From Eubacteriales bacterium (GTDB lineage: Bacteria > Bacillota > Clostridia > Oscillospirales > CAG-272): DNA of 47,600 nucleotides. The stretch spans positions 1 to 47,600 of the forward strand of contig JAZQHJ010000162.1 in NCBI GenBank assembly GCA_045540515.1. Direction: 5' to 3'. The notes beneath the pieces are model-generated. The model worked only from the letters and a program-made list of their open reading frames with translations, did not search any database and had not been told where the DNA came from. Positions 1 to 8,515 of this stretch are shown here, one piece after another. Both the position numbers and the translations under genes were made by a program. Each line of letters starts with the position of its first letter. The first letter of the stretch is position 1.

Positions 1-701
1 CCGAAATAATGGTCGTCAAGCTCCTGTCCCTTTGGTGGCCTTGCACCAAAAAGAGTTCTTCCAGTGTAAACAAGGTCGGGACGCTTATAGTATAAATCCT
101 TCTTTATAAGGAAATACTCCTGCTCTGGTCCAACGGTTGCCTTTACTGAGGTAACATCCTCGTTGCCAAAGAGCTTAACAATCTTAATTGCACTCTTGCC
201 AAGAACCTCAAGTGAACGAAGAAGCGGTGTCTTTTTATCAAGAGCCTCTCCACCATATGAGCAAAAGGCGGTTGGAATACATAGCGTTGAATTTTTAATA
301 AAGGCATATGAGGTTGGGTCCCAAGCAGTATAGCCACGTGCCTCAAAGGTTGCACGAAGGCCTCCAGATGGGAACGAGGATGCATCTGGCTCTCCTCTTA
401 CAAGCTCCTTGCCCTTTAGCTCCATAATTACATTTGAATTATCAACAGGAGAGATAAAGCTATCGTGCTTTTCGGCAGTTATTCCTGTCATTGGCTGGAA
501 CCAGTGCGTATAGTGCGTTGCACCATTTTCAATTGCCCACTCCTTCATTGCATTTGCAACAATATTAGCAGAGGACAAATCAAGATGCTTTCCGTTTTGA
601 ATAGTGTTTTGGATTGATGCATAAACTGCCTCTGGCAATCTTTCCTTCATCACCTTATCATTAAACACCATTGAGCCAAAAATTTCTTGTACTGTACTCA
701 T
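1..701 (-). CDS. glnN: Glutamine synthetase type III, N-terminal part (runs off the left edge of the window)
   Basis: Not in the ORF track. Manual translation from ATG at 701 gives [23 protein letters not shown]...[32 protein letters not shown]...[12 protein letters not shown], the GSIII signature; RBS AAAGGAG upstream. Confidence 0.93.
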   Translation of the reverse strand, partial: MSTVQEIFGSMVFNDKVMKERLPEAVYASIQNTIQNGKHLDLSSANIVANAMKEWAIENGATHYTHWFQPMTGITAEKHDSFISPVDNSNVIMELKGKELVRGEPDASSFPSGGLRATFEARGYTAWDPTSYAFIKNSTLCIPTAFCSYGGEALDKKTPLLRSLEVLGKSAIKIVKLFGNEDVTSVKATVGPEQEYFLIKKDLYYKRPDLVYTGRTLFGARPPKGQELDDHYF

Positions 702-854
702 CAGTCTCTCCTTTAAGCTATAAAATACTTGCTTGAATTATACTATTTTTGCGCTTTAAAGTCAATACCTTTTATTATTTTATTTATTTTGTGCGCAATA
801 TGTTGAAAATTTTTTTATATTATGATAAAATAATGCAAGTGGGGAGGTGCATTT

Positions 855-1604
855 ATGTTCGATATGCCAAACGTGGCAAATGCCTGTGGCTTGTTTTCCA
901 CTCCTCATATTATTTCAACCATTATTTGCGTTTTACTTGTAGCCGTGCTTTCCGTCCTTGCAATCAGATTAAGTGACAAGGGAATTTTGCTACTTACAAG
1001 GATAATGGCACTTGTGATTTTAGGGCTTGAAATAATAAAAATTTGCTTTAAGCTTTCCATTGGCGAGGGGCAATATATTGACCACTATGTGCCACTTTTT
1101 TATTGCTCACTCTTTATTTATGCACTATTTATGTGTGGCTTTGGTAAGGGAATTATTTACAAAATTGGCTGTGCCTTTTTACAGGGTGGCACTGTGCTTG
1201 CAGGCTTGATTTTTTTGATTTTCCCAACAACCTCCTTGCCTGATTATCCTATCTATCATTTTATTTCACTACATTCAATGATATTCCATTCAAGCATGGT
1301 GCTTTTTGGAATTATCTATCTTAAAAAAATGTATGTAAGGCTTGACAGGACTGCTTATCTACACTATATAATTTTTGTAAGCATACCTATTTTGCTATCC
1401 CTTGTGCTAAATCCTATCTTTGATAGCAATCTTATGCTAATTAGCAATCCTACCAACCTTCCGATTCCATTCGTTGTTAAGCTATATGAGGCTGTGCCAG
1501 CTGTTTATACTATTTGTGCCTGTGCTCTATATTTAACAGCACCGTATTTTGTAACCTACGGGCTAATTGCCCTTTTAAAGAAAATTAGAAAGACTTGCCG
1601 ATAA
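855..1604 (+). CDS. YwaF/TMEM164-like integral membrane protein
   Basis: About 7 hydrophobic segments, PLFYCS motif (cf. PLHLC), HFISLHS motif; RBS GGGGAGG. Confidence 0.7.
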   Translation: MFDMPNVANACGLFSTPHIISTIICVLLVAVLSVLAIRLSDKGILLLTRIMALVILGLEIIKICFKLSIGEGQYIDHYVPLFYCSLFIYALFMCGFGKGIIYKIGCAFLQGGTVLAGLIFLIFPTTSLPDYPIYHFISLHSMIFHSSMVLFGIIYLKKMYVRLDRTAYLHYIIFVSIPILLSLVLNPIFDSNLMLISNPTNLPIPFVVKLYEAVPAVYTICACALYLTAPYFVTYGLIALLKKIRKTCR

Positions 1605-1623
1605 TGGCATTTGAGGTGATTTT

Positions 1624-2070
1624 ATGAGATGTCCACATTGTGGCTTTACAGAAAGTAAGGTTGTTGACTCCCGTTCAGTTGATGAGGGTGCAACCATAAG
1701 ACGTAGGCGTGAGTGCCTTCAATGTCAGGCAAGGTTCAATACCTATGAAACCATTGAAACCATTCAAATTATGGTAATAAAAAAGGACGGCTCACGTGAA
1801 TACTTTGACAAGAGCAAGATGCTTGCAGGAATTGTAAAGGCTTGTCAAAAAAGGCCTGTTGACTGTATGGCAATTGCGAACAAGGTCGAAAGGGATATTT
1901 TAAACTCCTTAAAGCAGGAGATTACGTCAATTGAGATTGGCGAAATGATTATGGCTGAATTAAAGCTTGCCGATGCCGTTGCGTATGTTCGCTTTGCATC
2001 AATCTATCGTGATTTTCAAGACGTTGAGACCTTTATGAAGGAATTAAAGGACTTCCTTAAAAAGAAATAA
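1624..2070 (+). CDS. nrdR: Transcriptional repressor NrdR
   Basis: MRCPHC...SKVVDSR...IRRRRECLQC zinc ribbon, ATP-cone, VAYVRFASIYR. Confidence 0.97.
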   Translation: MRCPHCGFTESKVVDSRSVDEGATIRRRRECLQCQARFNTYETIETIQIMVIKKDGSREYFDKSKMLAGIVKACQKRPVDCMAIANKVERDILNSLKQEITSIEIGEMIMAELKLADAVAYVRFASIYRDFQDVETFMKELKDFLKKK

Positions 2071-2103
2071 TTTAACACCCTGTGTCTGATTTATAAAAAA
2101 TAC

Positions 2104-2475
2104 AAGCGTTTTTTGTGGGAAAGAATGGTGAAAATCCGTTGCAAAAGTATGCCTGATGGGAATCAGACCAATTTGGTTTGAAATGGCAAATAGCCCGCCA
2201 TACTGCGTTAAAAAAGCTTGAAAATTCCTTAATTGTCTGCACTTTTTTAGCTTGTCTATCAACCTATTTGCTCATTTGAAACTGTTTTACACCTTCGAAC
2301 GAATAAATCGGTAATGAATTTGTTCGAGCTTTGGTGCAGTAATATAAAGATATTTCAAGGCAAAGGTCGGATAAAGGCATAGTGATTTATCGTTCTAAGG
2401 CAATTTAGCTTGATTTCCATCAGGCATAACCGTTATAGTCGGAATGCCACAGGACGTTTTCGGTGAAAAGCCGAA
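2104..2475 (+). ncRNA. Cobalamin riboswitch, class II (AdoCbl-variant-like), with a large insertion in P5
   Basis: GTGGGAAAG (2115-2123), T-loop hairpin AATGG-TGAAAAT-CCGTT, CCG-TTATAGT-CGG followed by AATGCCAC (about 2430-2450). Closing helix AAGCGTT..TGTGG / CCACAGGACGTTT; P13-like hairpin TTCGGT-GAAAA-GCCGAA (2459-2475). Lies upstream of a DUF4430 gene. Confidence 0.8.
2148..2428. repeat. Long imperfect inverted repeat (MITE-like element or giant RNA hairpin) inside the riboswitch
   Basis: 2148-2175 TATGCCTGATGGGAATCAGACCAATTTG matches the reverse complement of 2401-2428 at 23/28 positions. Patchy pairing continues inward (CTTGAAA 2217 / TTTCAAG 2353; CTGCAC 2237 / GTGCAG 2334). Confidence 0.8.
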
Positions 2476-2532
2476 TGGTAAAATACTCTTGGGCAGGTGC
2501 GAGGATTTCTCTTGCATTGAAGAGAAAAGGAC

Positions 2533-2584
2533 CGAGAATAACGCATTTTTGATGCTTTGTGCGTGTTTATTCTTCGTTTATTTT
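2533..2584 (+). terminator. Probable attenuator terminator of the riboswitch leader
   Basis: CGAGAATAACGCA...TGCGTGTTTATTCTTCG imperfect stem followed by TTTATTTT, just before the RBS of the DUF4430 gene. Confidence 0.55.
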
Positions 2585-2615
2585 ATCTTGTTTAAAAATA
2601 AAAGGAGAAATGAAA

Positions 2616-3041
2616 ATGAAAAGAACCTTAATAGTTACACTAGCAATTTTAATGCTTATGCTTTCTTGCTTTATGGCTTTTTCCTGCAAGAAGGACAACG
2701 GCGATGACGAGAGTGATTTGCTCTATACGGAAAACACAACGCTTGGTACTGGTGATACGACCTTTACTCTTGTTGTTGAGCATTTTCGTGATAAAACAGT
2801 TACATTTACAATAAACACAAGCAAGGAAATTCTTTCCGATGCACTTTTAGAGCTTGGTCTTATCACAGGACACAATTCAACCTATGGGCTATACATTGAT
2901 TCCGTAAATGGTGTTGCACACGATTTTAATACCGACGGAATTTATTGGGCAATCTATGAGGGTGACCAGTACGCATCAACTGGTATTGACGGCATTACAA
3001 TTACTAACGGCGCAACCTATAAGCTTATTGCGTCAAGATAA
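2616..3041 (+). CDS. DUF4430 (transcobalamin C-terminal-like) lipoprotein, probable corrinoid-binding protein
   Basis: Start moved to ATG 2616 (AGGAG RBS). Lipobox-like AFSC; YGLYIDSVNG...YWAIYEG..ASTGIDGI motif typical of DUF4430. Confidence 0.8.
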   Translation: MKRTLIVTLAILMLMLSCFMAFSCKKDNGDDESDLLYTENTTLGTGDTTFTLVVEHFRDKTVTFTINTSKEILSDALLELGLITGHNSTYGLYIDSVNGVAHDFNTDGIYWAIYEGDQYASTGIDGITITNGATYKLIASR

Positions 3042-3076
3042 GAAAAGCATCAAAAAAATAAAGCATCAAATCAAAA

Positions 3077-3112
3077 TAAAAGGGACGAGGATAAAGCCTC
3101 GTCCTTTGTTTT
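3077..3112. terminator. Bidirectional intrinsic terminator
   Basis: AAAGGGACGAGG-ATAAAG-CCTCGTCCTTT between convergent genes. Confidence 0.85.
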
Positions 3113-4019
3113 ATAGTCTAAATAGCTTTACTGCCTTAATTGCTGTGCCGTCTGGATAGCTTCTTACCTGACCTAGGGCAAAGAAGCCGTCCTTGTCGCT
3201 AATTCTGACAAATTCGTCCACTTGATAGGACGTTTTAATCTTATGCTGATAAATTTCACAGCCACTTCTACATAGCTTTGCATAAAAATCTGGCAGTATT
3301 ACACTTGGTGCGTCCTCAAAAAGGCTTTCAATTGGCAAAATGAGAGCCTCTCTTTCTACCATTTCCATTTCTTCAAGCTCGGCAATTGTTTTTGTGTCCT
3401 CTATTTTAAAGCCACCACTTACAGTTCTTTCAAGCTCACTCATCACAGCTCCACAGCCAAGGTATGCACCTATATCGGCACAAAGAGTTCTTATATAAGT
3501 TCCCTTTGAGCAAGCAACCACTAGCTCATAAATTCCCTTTTCTTCATCAATTACCCTTGGTGTGATGCTGAAAATTTGAATTTTCCTTGCCTGTCTTTCA
3601 ACGCTTTTCCCCTCTCTTGCAAGGTCGCATAGCTTTTTGCCGTCAACCTTTAAGGCACTGTACATTGGTGGGGTTTGCATAATTTCTCCAACAAAATGTG
3701 AAAGAGCCTCAAAAACCTCGCTTTTTGTGGGTAACGTGTCTGATTTTGTAAGAATTTTGCCTGTTATGTCCTCTGTGTCCGTGGTTATTCCAAGGGTGAG
3801 CTGTGCCCTGTATTCCTTGTTTTCAGAAATAAGATATTCGGCTGCCTTTGCTCCCCTACCGATAAGAACGGGTAGCACTCCTGTGGCAAGGGGGTCAAGA
3901 GTTCCTGTGTGTCCGACCTTTTTTGTGCCATATAGCCTTCTTATTTTAAAAACAATGTCGTGTGAGGTTACACCCTTATGCTTATTTACAAGGATTACTC
4001 CACAATATTCCTTTTCCAT
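3111..4019 (-). CDS. truB: tRNA pseudouridine(55) synthase
   Basis: KKVGHTGTLDPLATGVL, QTPPMYSALKVDG, CSKGTYIRTL motifs. Confidence 0.97.
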   Translation of the reverse strand: MEKEYCGVILVNKHKGVTSHDIVFKIRRLYGTKKVGHTGTLDPLATGVLPVLIGRGAKAAEYLISENKEYRAQLTLGITTDTEDITGKILTKSDTLPTKSEVFEALSHFVGEIMQTPPMYSALKVDGKKLCDLAREGKSVERQARKIQIFSITPRVIDEEKGIYELVVACSKGTYIRTLCADIGAYLGCGAVMSELERTVSGGFKIEDTKTIAELEEMEMVEREALILPIESLFEDAPSVILPDFYAKLCRSGCEIYQHKIKTSYQVDEFVRISDKDGFFALGQVRSYPDGTAIKAVKLFRL

Positions 4020-4028
4020 TTTGACCTC

Positions 4029-5000
4029 TTAATTCAGTAGCTTTAAAAAGGCAGAAAGCACAATATCCTTTGCTCTTTGTGGTGAATCAGCCTTGATTTT
4101 TGCGCCAGATGCGCGCATATGTCCGCCTCCACCAAGCTCTGCACAAGGCACGGATACGTCAATGTCACAGTTTGACCTTGCAGAAATTGAATATATGCCG
4201 TTTTCGCTTGTTTCCTTGATTGAAACGGCAACCAAAACTCCGTTTATGCTTCTTATAAGGCTCACTATGTCGTTTAGGTCATCATCGCAAAAGTCGTAGC
4301 TTACCTTATCCTCATTTGTTATCATTGCAGTTGCAAGCTGACCATTACAGTGGTACTCAATTCTTTCGTAAACAAGCTTACTTGCTCTAATTTCGCCCTG
4401 TGTCTTACAATCAAAGATTTGACGATTGATTTGCGCATGGTCAATTCCCTTTGTAAGTAGGTCTGCACCAAATTTCATTGTGCGATAGTTGGTATTTGCA
4501 TACTTAAAGCAACCCGTATCGCCAGAAATTCCTGCATATATACAGGTGTAAAATTCCTTTGGTAAATCATCAAACACAAGTAGCTCATTACACGCAAGCT
4601 CCATAATTATTTCAGCACAGGCTGCACAAAACAGCTCAAAATAATTACTAAATCTTGTGTTCATTGCATGGTGGTCAATTGTTATATCAACCCTGTCCTT
4701 TAAAAATTCAAGGTCGCCAAGCTGTGCAGGTGAGGCAACGTCAACTGCGATTATTCTTTCATATTCCTCGTCCTTATATTCTAGAGTATCTCCACCTGTG
4801 ATAAAGTCAAAGCGTGAGCTTGGCTTGTCTGCACAGGCGATTTTTACCGTTGAGCCATAGCGTTGTAACAAAATTTTTAGTGCAAAGGCACTTCCAAGTG
4901 TATCAGGGTCTGGGTTTCTGTGGCACAAAATAAGCGTGTGCCTTGGGTTTTTTATTTCAGCTGATACCTCAGTTAAAAATAGTGGTCTAATTTCCTTCAT
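4029..5000 (-). CDS. nrnA: DHH-family bifunctional oligoribonuclease/pAp phosphatase
   Basis: HRNPDPD, IDHH, DTGCF, GGGGH motifs; usual position between rbfA and truB. Start set at ATG 5000. Confidence 0.9.
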   Translation of the reverse strand: MKEIRPLFLTEVSAEIKNPRHTLILCHRNPDPDTLGSAFALKILLQRYGSTVKIACADKPSSRFDFITGGDTLEYKDEEYERIIAVDVASPAQLGDLEFLKDRVDITIDHHAMNTRFSNYFELFCAACAEIIMELACNELLVFDDLPKEFYTCIYAGISGDTGCFKYANTNYRTMKFGADLLTKGIDHAQINRQIFDCKTQGEIRASKLVYERIEYHCNGQLATAMITNEDKVSYDFCDDDLNDIVSLIRSINGVLVAVSIKETSENGIYSISARSNCDIDVSVPCAELGGGGHMRASGAKIKADSPQRAKDIVLSAFLKLLN

Positions 5001-5358
5001 CCTCGTATTCTTCCTCTGGCTTAATATCAAGTGTGTTTAAAATGCTTGAAATGTTAGCACCATACTTCATTGAGCTATCATACTCAAAGGAAAGCTGTGG
5101 CGTTATTCTTAAATTGAGCCTTTTTGCAAGCTCTGAACGGAAAAAGCCCGTTGCTCCCGTCAGTGCCTTTTTAACCTCCTTAGGGTCCCCGTCAAGAAGT
5201 GAAAAATAAATTTTTGCAAATTTCAAATCCTTAGTTACCTCTGCACCTGTGATTGACACAAATGCTCCTGTAATTCTTGGATCCTTTACGTCTCTTAATA
5301 TTTGAGCCATTTCCTGCTTTACAGCATCATTAACTCTATCCTGTCTATATCTTCCCAT
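4987..5358 (-). CDS. rbfA: Ribosome-binding factor A
   Basis: VKDPR, VTKDLKFAKIY, LRITPQLSFEYDSS motifs. Confidence 0.96.
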   Translation of the reverse strand: MGRYRQDRVNDAVKQEMAQILRDVKDPRITGAFVSITGAEVTKDLKFAKIYFSLLDGDPKEVKKALTGATGFFRSELAKRLNLRITPQLSFEYDSSMKYGANISSILNTLDIKPEEEYEDEGN

Positions 5359-5388
5359 TTTTGCTCCTTAAAAATATATTCTTAATAT

Positions 5389-5416
5389 AGTATAGCACAC
5401 ATTTTTAAAAAAGCAA
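5389..5416 (-). promoter_or_regulatory. Sigma-A promoter for rbfA-nrnA-truB
   Basis: Minus strand TTGCTT-N16-TATACT with TG extended -10. Confidence 0.55.
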
Positions 5417-5456
5417 ATATTTTTTTAAGGTGTACCCCTTTTGGTACAAGTGATTC

Positions 5457-5484
5457 TTGCATTATTTTGTACTTTTGCTATAAT
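5457..5484 (+). promoter_or_regulatory. Sigma-A promoter for rmuC
   Basis: TTGCAT-N16-TATAAT with TGn extended -10. Confidence 0.65.
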
Positions 5485-5605
5485 TAGATTAAGGCGCACA
5501 TGCAAAATTTCAGCCTACGCAAGTGAAAGGGCTTTGTCCCATACAAAAGAGCCTTGTGTGTGAAATTATATGGCTACTGTGTGCAAATACGAAAGGGAGA
5601 AAATT

Positions 5606-6778
5606 ATGGAAATTATTGCAATTATTTTTAGCTGTGTAAGCACTATTTTGCTTTTCGTCCTTGTGTTTATGCAGAAAAAGGGGGGCGGAGTGACAAAGGA
5701 GGAGCTTGAAAAAATTGGACAGGCACAGGCATCGGAGCTTTCGAGGCTTGGCGTTATGATTGTAAGCTCAAATGAGGCATCAAGCAAGCATTTTATTCAA
5801 ATGCTAGAAATGAGCCTAGAAGGGTATGAAAAAGCAACGCTTGAAAGGCTGACCTCTATTGAGGGCACTATTGAAAAATCTCTTGTGCAGATGCGTAATG
5901 AGAACAACGAAAGGCTTAACCAAATAAACAGCATTGTTCAAGAAAAGCTACAAAAAAGCATTGACGAAAGATTAAAGGCGTCCTTTGAAAGCGTTCTTTC
6001 TCAAATTGGTAGCGTAAATTTAGCAATTGGCGAAATTAAGAGCATTGCAAACGATGTTTCCTCGCTTAAAAATGTACTTGCAAATGTTAAAACAAAGGGT
6101 ATTACGGGTGAGGTGCTTCTTGGTAGCATTATTAGTGAAATTTTAACCCCAGAGCAGTACGATACAAACGTTCAAACTAAAAAAGGAACGAGGGACGTGG
6201 TTGAATTTGCTATAAAAATACCGTCAGAAAACGGATTTATTTATTTGCCCGTCGACTCAAAATTTCCTCTTGCTCCGTATAATAGATTGCGCGATGCAAT
6301 TGAGCAAGCAGATAAGGGACAAATTGAGCTTGCCAAAAGGGAGCTAAGAGGTCAAATTCGTTCTGAGGCAAAATCAATTGCTACAAAATACATAGACGTG
6401 CCACAAACAACTGACTTTGCAATACTGTTTTTGCCAACCGAGAGCCTTTATATTGAGGCAATTGAAATGGGACTTTTTGAGGAATGTCAGCACGATTTCA
6501 GAGTGGTTTTGTGTGGTCCATCGACAATTTGTGCCCTTATCAATGCTTTAAGGCTTGGATTTAGCTCGGTAGAAATTCAAAAGCGAAGCGCAGAGGTATT
6601 CAAGCTTCTTTCCTCGGTGCGTACTGAATTTGAAAAATTTGCAAGTGCCCTTTATTCAACGCAATCAAAGTTTATAGCACTCGAAAATGAGCTTGATGAG
6701 CTTGTGGGTAAGCGAACCAGAATTATGCAAAGAAGGCTTGAAAACGTAGCTACGTTTTCATATGACGAGCTTAGTTAA
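5606..6778 (+). CDS. rmuC: DNA recombination protein RmuC
   Basis: N-terminal TM anchor, coiled coil, NVKTKGITGE, LPVDSKFP, TTDFAILFLPTESLY. Start moved to 5606 (GGGAG RBS). Confidence 0.93.
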   Translation: MEIIAIIFSCVSTILLFVLVFMQKKGGGVTKEELEKIGQAQASELSRLGVMIVSSNEASSKHFIQMLEMSLEGYEKATLERLTSIEGTIEKSLVQMRNENNERLNQINSIVQEKLQKSIDERLKASFESVLSQIGSVNLAIGEIKSIANDVSSLKNVLANVKTKGITGEVLLGSIISEILTPEQYDTNVQTKKGTRDVVEFAIKIPSENGFIYLPVDSKFPLAPYNRLRDAIEQADKGQIELAKRELRGQIRSEAKSIATKYIDVPQTTDFAILFLPTESLYIEAIEMGLFEECQHDFRVVLCGPSTICALINALRLGFSSVEIQKRSAEVFKLLSSVRTEFEKFASALYSTQSKFIALENELDELVGKRTRIMQRRLENVATFSYDELS

Positions 6779-6898
6779 AAAGCTCCATTTCAGACACGTA
6801 TGAGCACATTTTAGGTGTTTTGGCTAAGCTATTGGCTTTATTTTGAGAATGCAATAAGCCTTGCCAAAAAAATTTTAAATAATTATTATCAATTCATT

Positions 6899-6929
6899 AA
6901 AGGCAGGTATTTCGATACTTGCTTTTTTT
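6899..6929 (+). terminator. Intrinsic terminator after rmuC
   Basis: AAGGCAGGTAT-TTCG-ATACTTGCTTTTTTT. Confidence 0.75.
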
Positions 6930-7002
6930 GTACTTGATATTTTTGTAACATTATGCTATTATTTATATATATTATTAGTAGTACAACAAGCGAGGTGCTT
7001 TT

Positions 7003-7857
7003 ATGAAAATAATTGAAAAGGCTTCTTTAGAAATGGCAGACTCCTACAATGTCCCTGAATTTACTATGTTTTCAGAGGTTTCACTGCCAGAAAAGTCACA
7101 AATAATTTCTGTTCTTGACGATATTCAAGCGCTATTCTTCCCTGCCTACTTTGGCAAGGGTGCAAGAACAAACGCCGAGGATTATGCGCAACAGCTGCTT
7201 TCGACAATTTATTTTAAGATAAAAAAGCAAATAGAGCTAGCTCTATCCTTTAAATCAAGCGAAAACGTCGAGCAAAGAGCAAAGGAAATTACTGATAGCT
7301 TTATTGATAAGCTACCACAGGTTCATTCAATGCTAATTAAGGACGTATATGCTAACTTTGAAGGGGACCCTGCTGCTACTAGCAAGGAGGAAATTATTTT
7401 TTCCTATCCTGGCTTCTATGCCATTTTCATATACAGGGTGGCTCATTTACTATATTTAAGCTCTGTTCCCTTTGTTCCAAGAATCATGACCGAGCACGCA
7501 CACAGCAGAACAGGTATTGATATAAACCCTGGTGCTACAATTGGTGAATATTTCTTCATTGACCACGGTACTGGAATTGTTATTGGTGAAACTACAACAA
7601 TTGGCGACCATGTTAAGCTTTATCAGGGTGTTACACTTGGTGCTCTTTCTCCAAGAAAGGGGCAAAGCCTTGCTGGTGTTAAGCGTCACCCAACCGTTTG
7701 TGACGGCGCAACCATTTATTCTGGCGCATCAATACTTGGTGGTGATACTGTTATTGGCAAAAACGCAATTATTGGTGGTAACTGCTTCATCACCCAAAGC
7801 GTTCCAGACGGTGCAAGAGTCAGCGCCAAGCAACCCGAGCTGATAATTAAGAGCTGA
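7003..7857 (+). CDS. cysE: Serine O-acetyltransferase (EpsC/CysE type)
   Basis: GDPAA, TGIDINPGATIG, FFIDHGTGIVIGET, KRHPT hexapeptide-repeat motifs. Confidence 0.92.
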   Translation: MKIIEKASLEMADSYNVPEFTMFSEVSLPEKSQIISVLDDIQALFFPAYFGKGARTNAEDYAQQLLSTIYFKIKKQIELALSFKSSENVEQRAKEITDSFIDKLPQVHSMLIKDVYANFEGDPAATSKEEIIFSYPGFYAIFIYRVAHLLYLSSVPFVPRIMTEHAHSRTGIDINPGATIGEYFFIDHGTGIVIGETTTIGDHVKLYQGVTLGALSPRKGQSLAGVKRHPTVCDGATIYSGASILGGDTVIGKNAIIGGNCFITQSVPDGARVSAKQPELIIKS

Positions 7858-8029
7858 TATCAAGCTATATAGAATACATTTGCAAATTTAAAAATCAATT
7901 AACTTTTTATGGTTGAGCAAATCATATAGCTTATATTTAGTCAAAGCAATCAGCAAATTTTTGTTTCAGCTATAAATTCAATAGCTTGAAATTTTGAGTA
8001 TTTACATTATTTATTAAAAGGTTAGTTAA

Positions 8030-8515
8030 ATGAACAAAAAAATAAAAATTACAACCATCCAAAATGACTATAAGGGCAAAACATTGTTTGATAACATTGC
8101 TAGTAGCTTACTTATTGATGAGACCTTTTCCCTTATGGATGAGGAGGGCACAATGGAAACAACGCTTTTTGGTAATGCTACTATTTCAAATGGCGTTTAT
8201 AGGCTTCGCTACAAGGAATCAAACGACAGTGGCATGGAAAACGTTACTACCACTATAAAATTCAAGCTTGATGCTCCAAATGAGGTAACTCTTATCCGTA
8301 CCGGCGATGTTTCCTCGGTTATGTATTTTGAGCAAGGAAAAAGAGATTTAAGCGTGTATAACTCTGGGGTTTTCCCCTTTGAGGTTTGCATTTTCACAGC
8401 AAGCGTTGATAACAGGCTCATTGATGACGGCTTTTTCGAGGTTTGCTACATTGTGGAGATTAGAGGAGCACAGGCACAAAAAACTATTTTAAGATTGGAA
8501 GCTACTTCGATATGA
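8030..8515 (+). CDS. DUF1934 family beta-barrel protein
   Basis: LRYKE, TTIKF, VTLIRTG..SSVMYFEQGK pattern. Confidence 0.75.
   Translation: MNKKIKITTIQNDYKGKTLFDNIASSLLIDETFSLMDEEGTMETTLFGNATISNGVYRLRYKESNDSGMENVTTTIKFKLDAPNEVTLIRTGDVSSVMYFEQGKRDLSVYNSGVFPFEVCIFTASVDNRLIDDGFFEVCYIVEIRGAQAQKTILRLEATSI

Noticed and set aside
143-385. 80-aa ORF from the track
   Set aside because: Out-of-frame shadow inside the glutamine synthetase III gene.
2104-2475. FMN riboswitch (GGTGAAAATCC and GTTATAGTC resemble FMN T-loop motifs)
   Set aside because: Lacks the FMN AGGGC, ACCGGCGGT and GGATGGGAG elements. GTGGGAAAG/AATGCCAC and the DUF4430 gene fit cobalamin class II.
2044-2707. ORFs 2044-2262(-) and 2444-2707(+) as a transposase or leader peptide
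   Set aside because: No recognisable motifs or clear RBS; they overlap the riboswitch and the real DUF4430 gene.
3043-3075. AAAGCATCAAA repeated twice after the DUF4430 gene
   Set aside because: Short, A-rich and only two copies; likely slippage or chance.
5490-5605. 6S RNA or SRP RNA
   Set aside because: Too short for typical 6S RNA, and no SRP helix-8 motif or separate terminator. Kept as an unknown leader.
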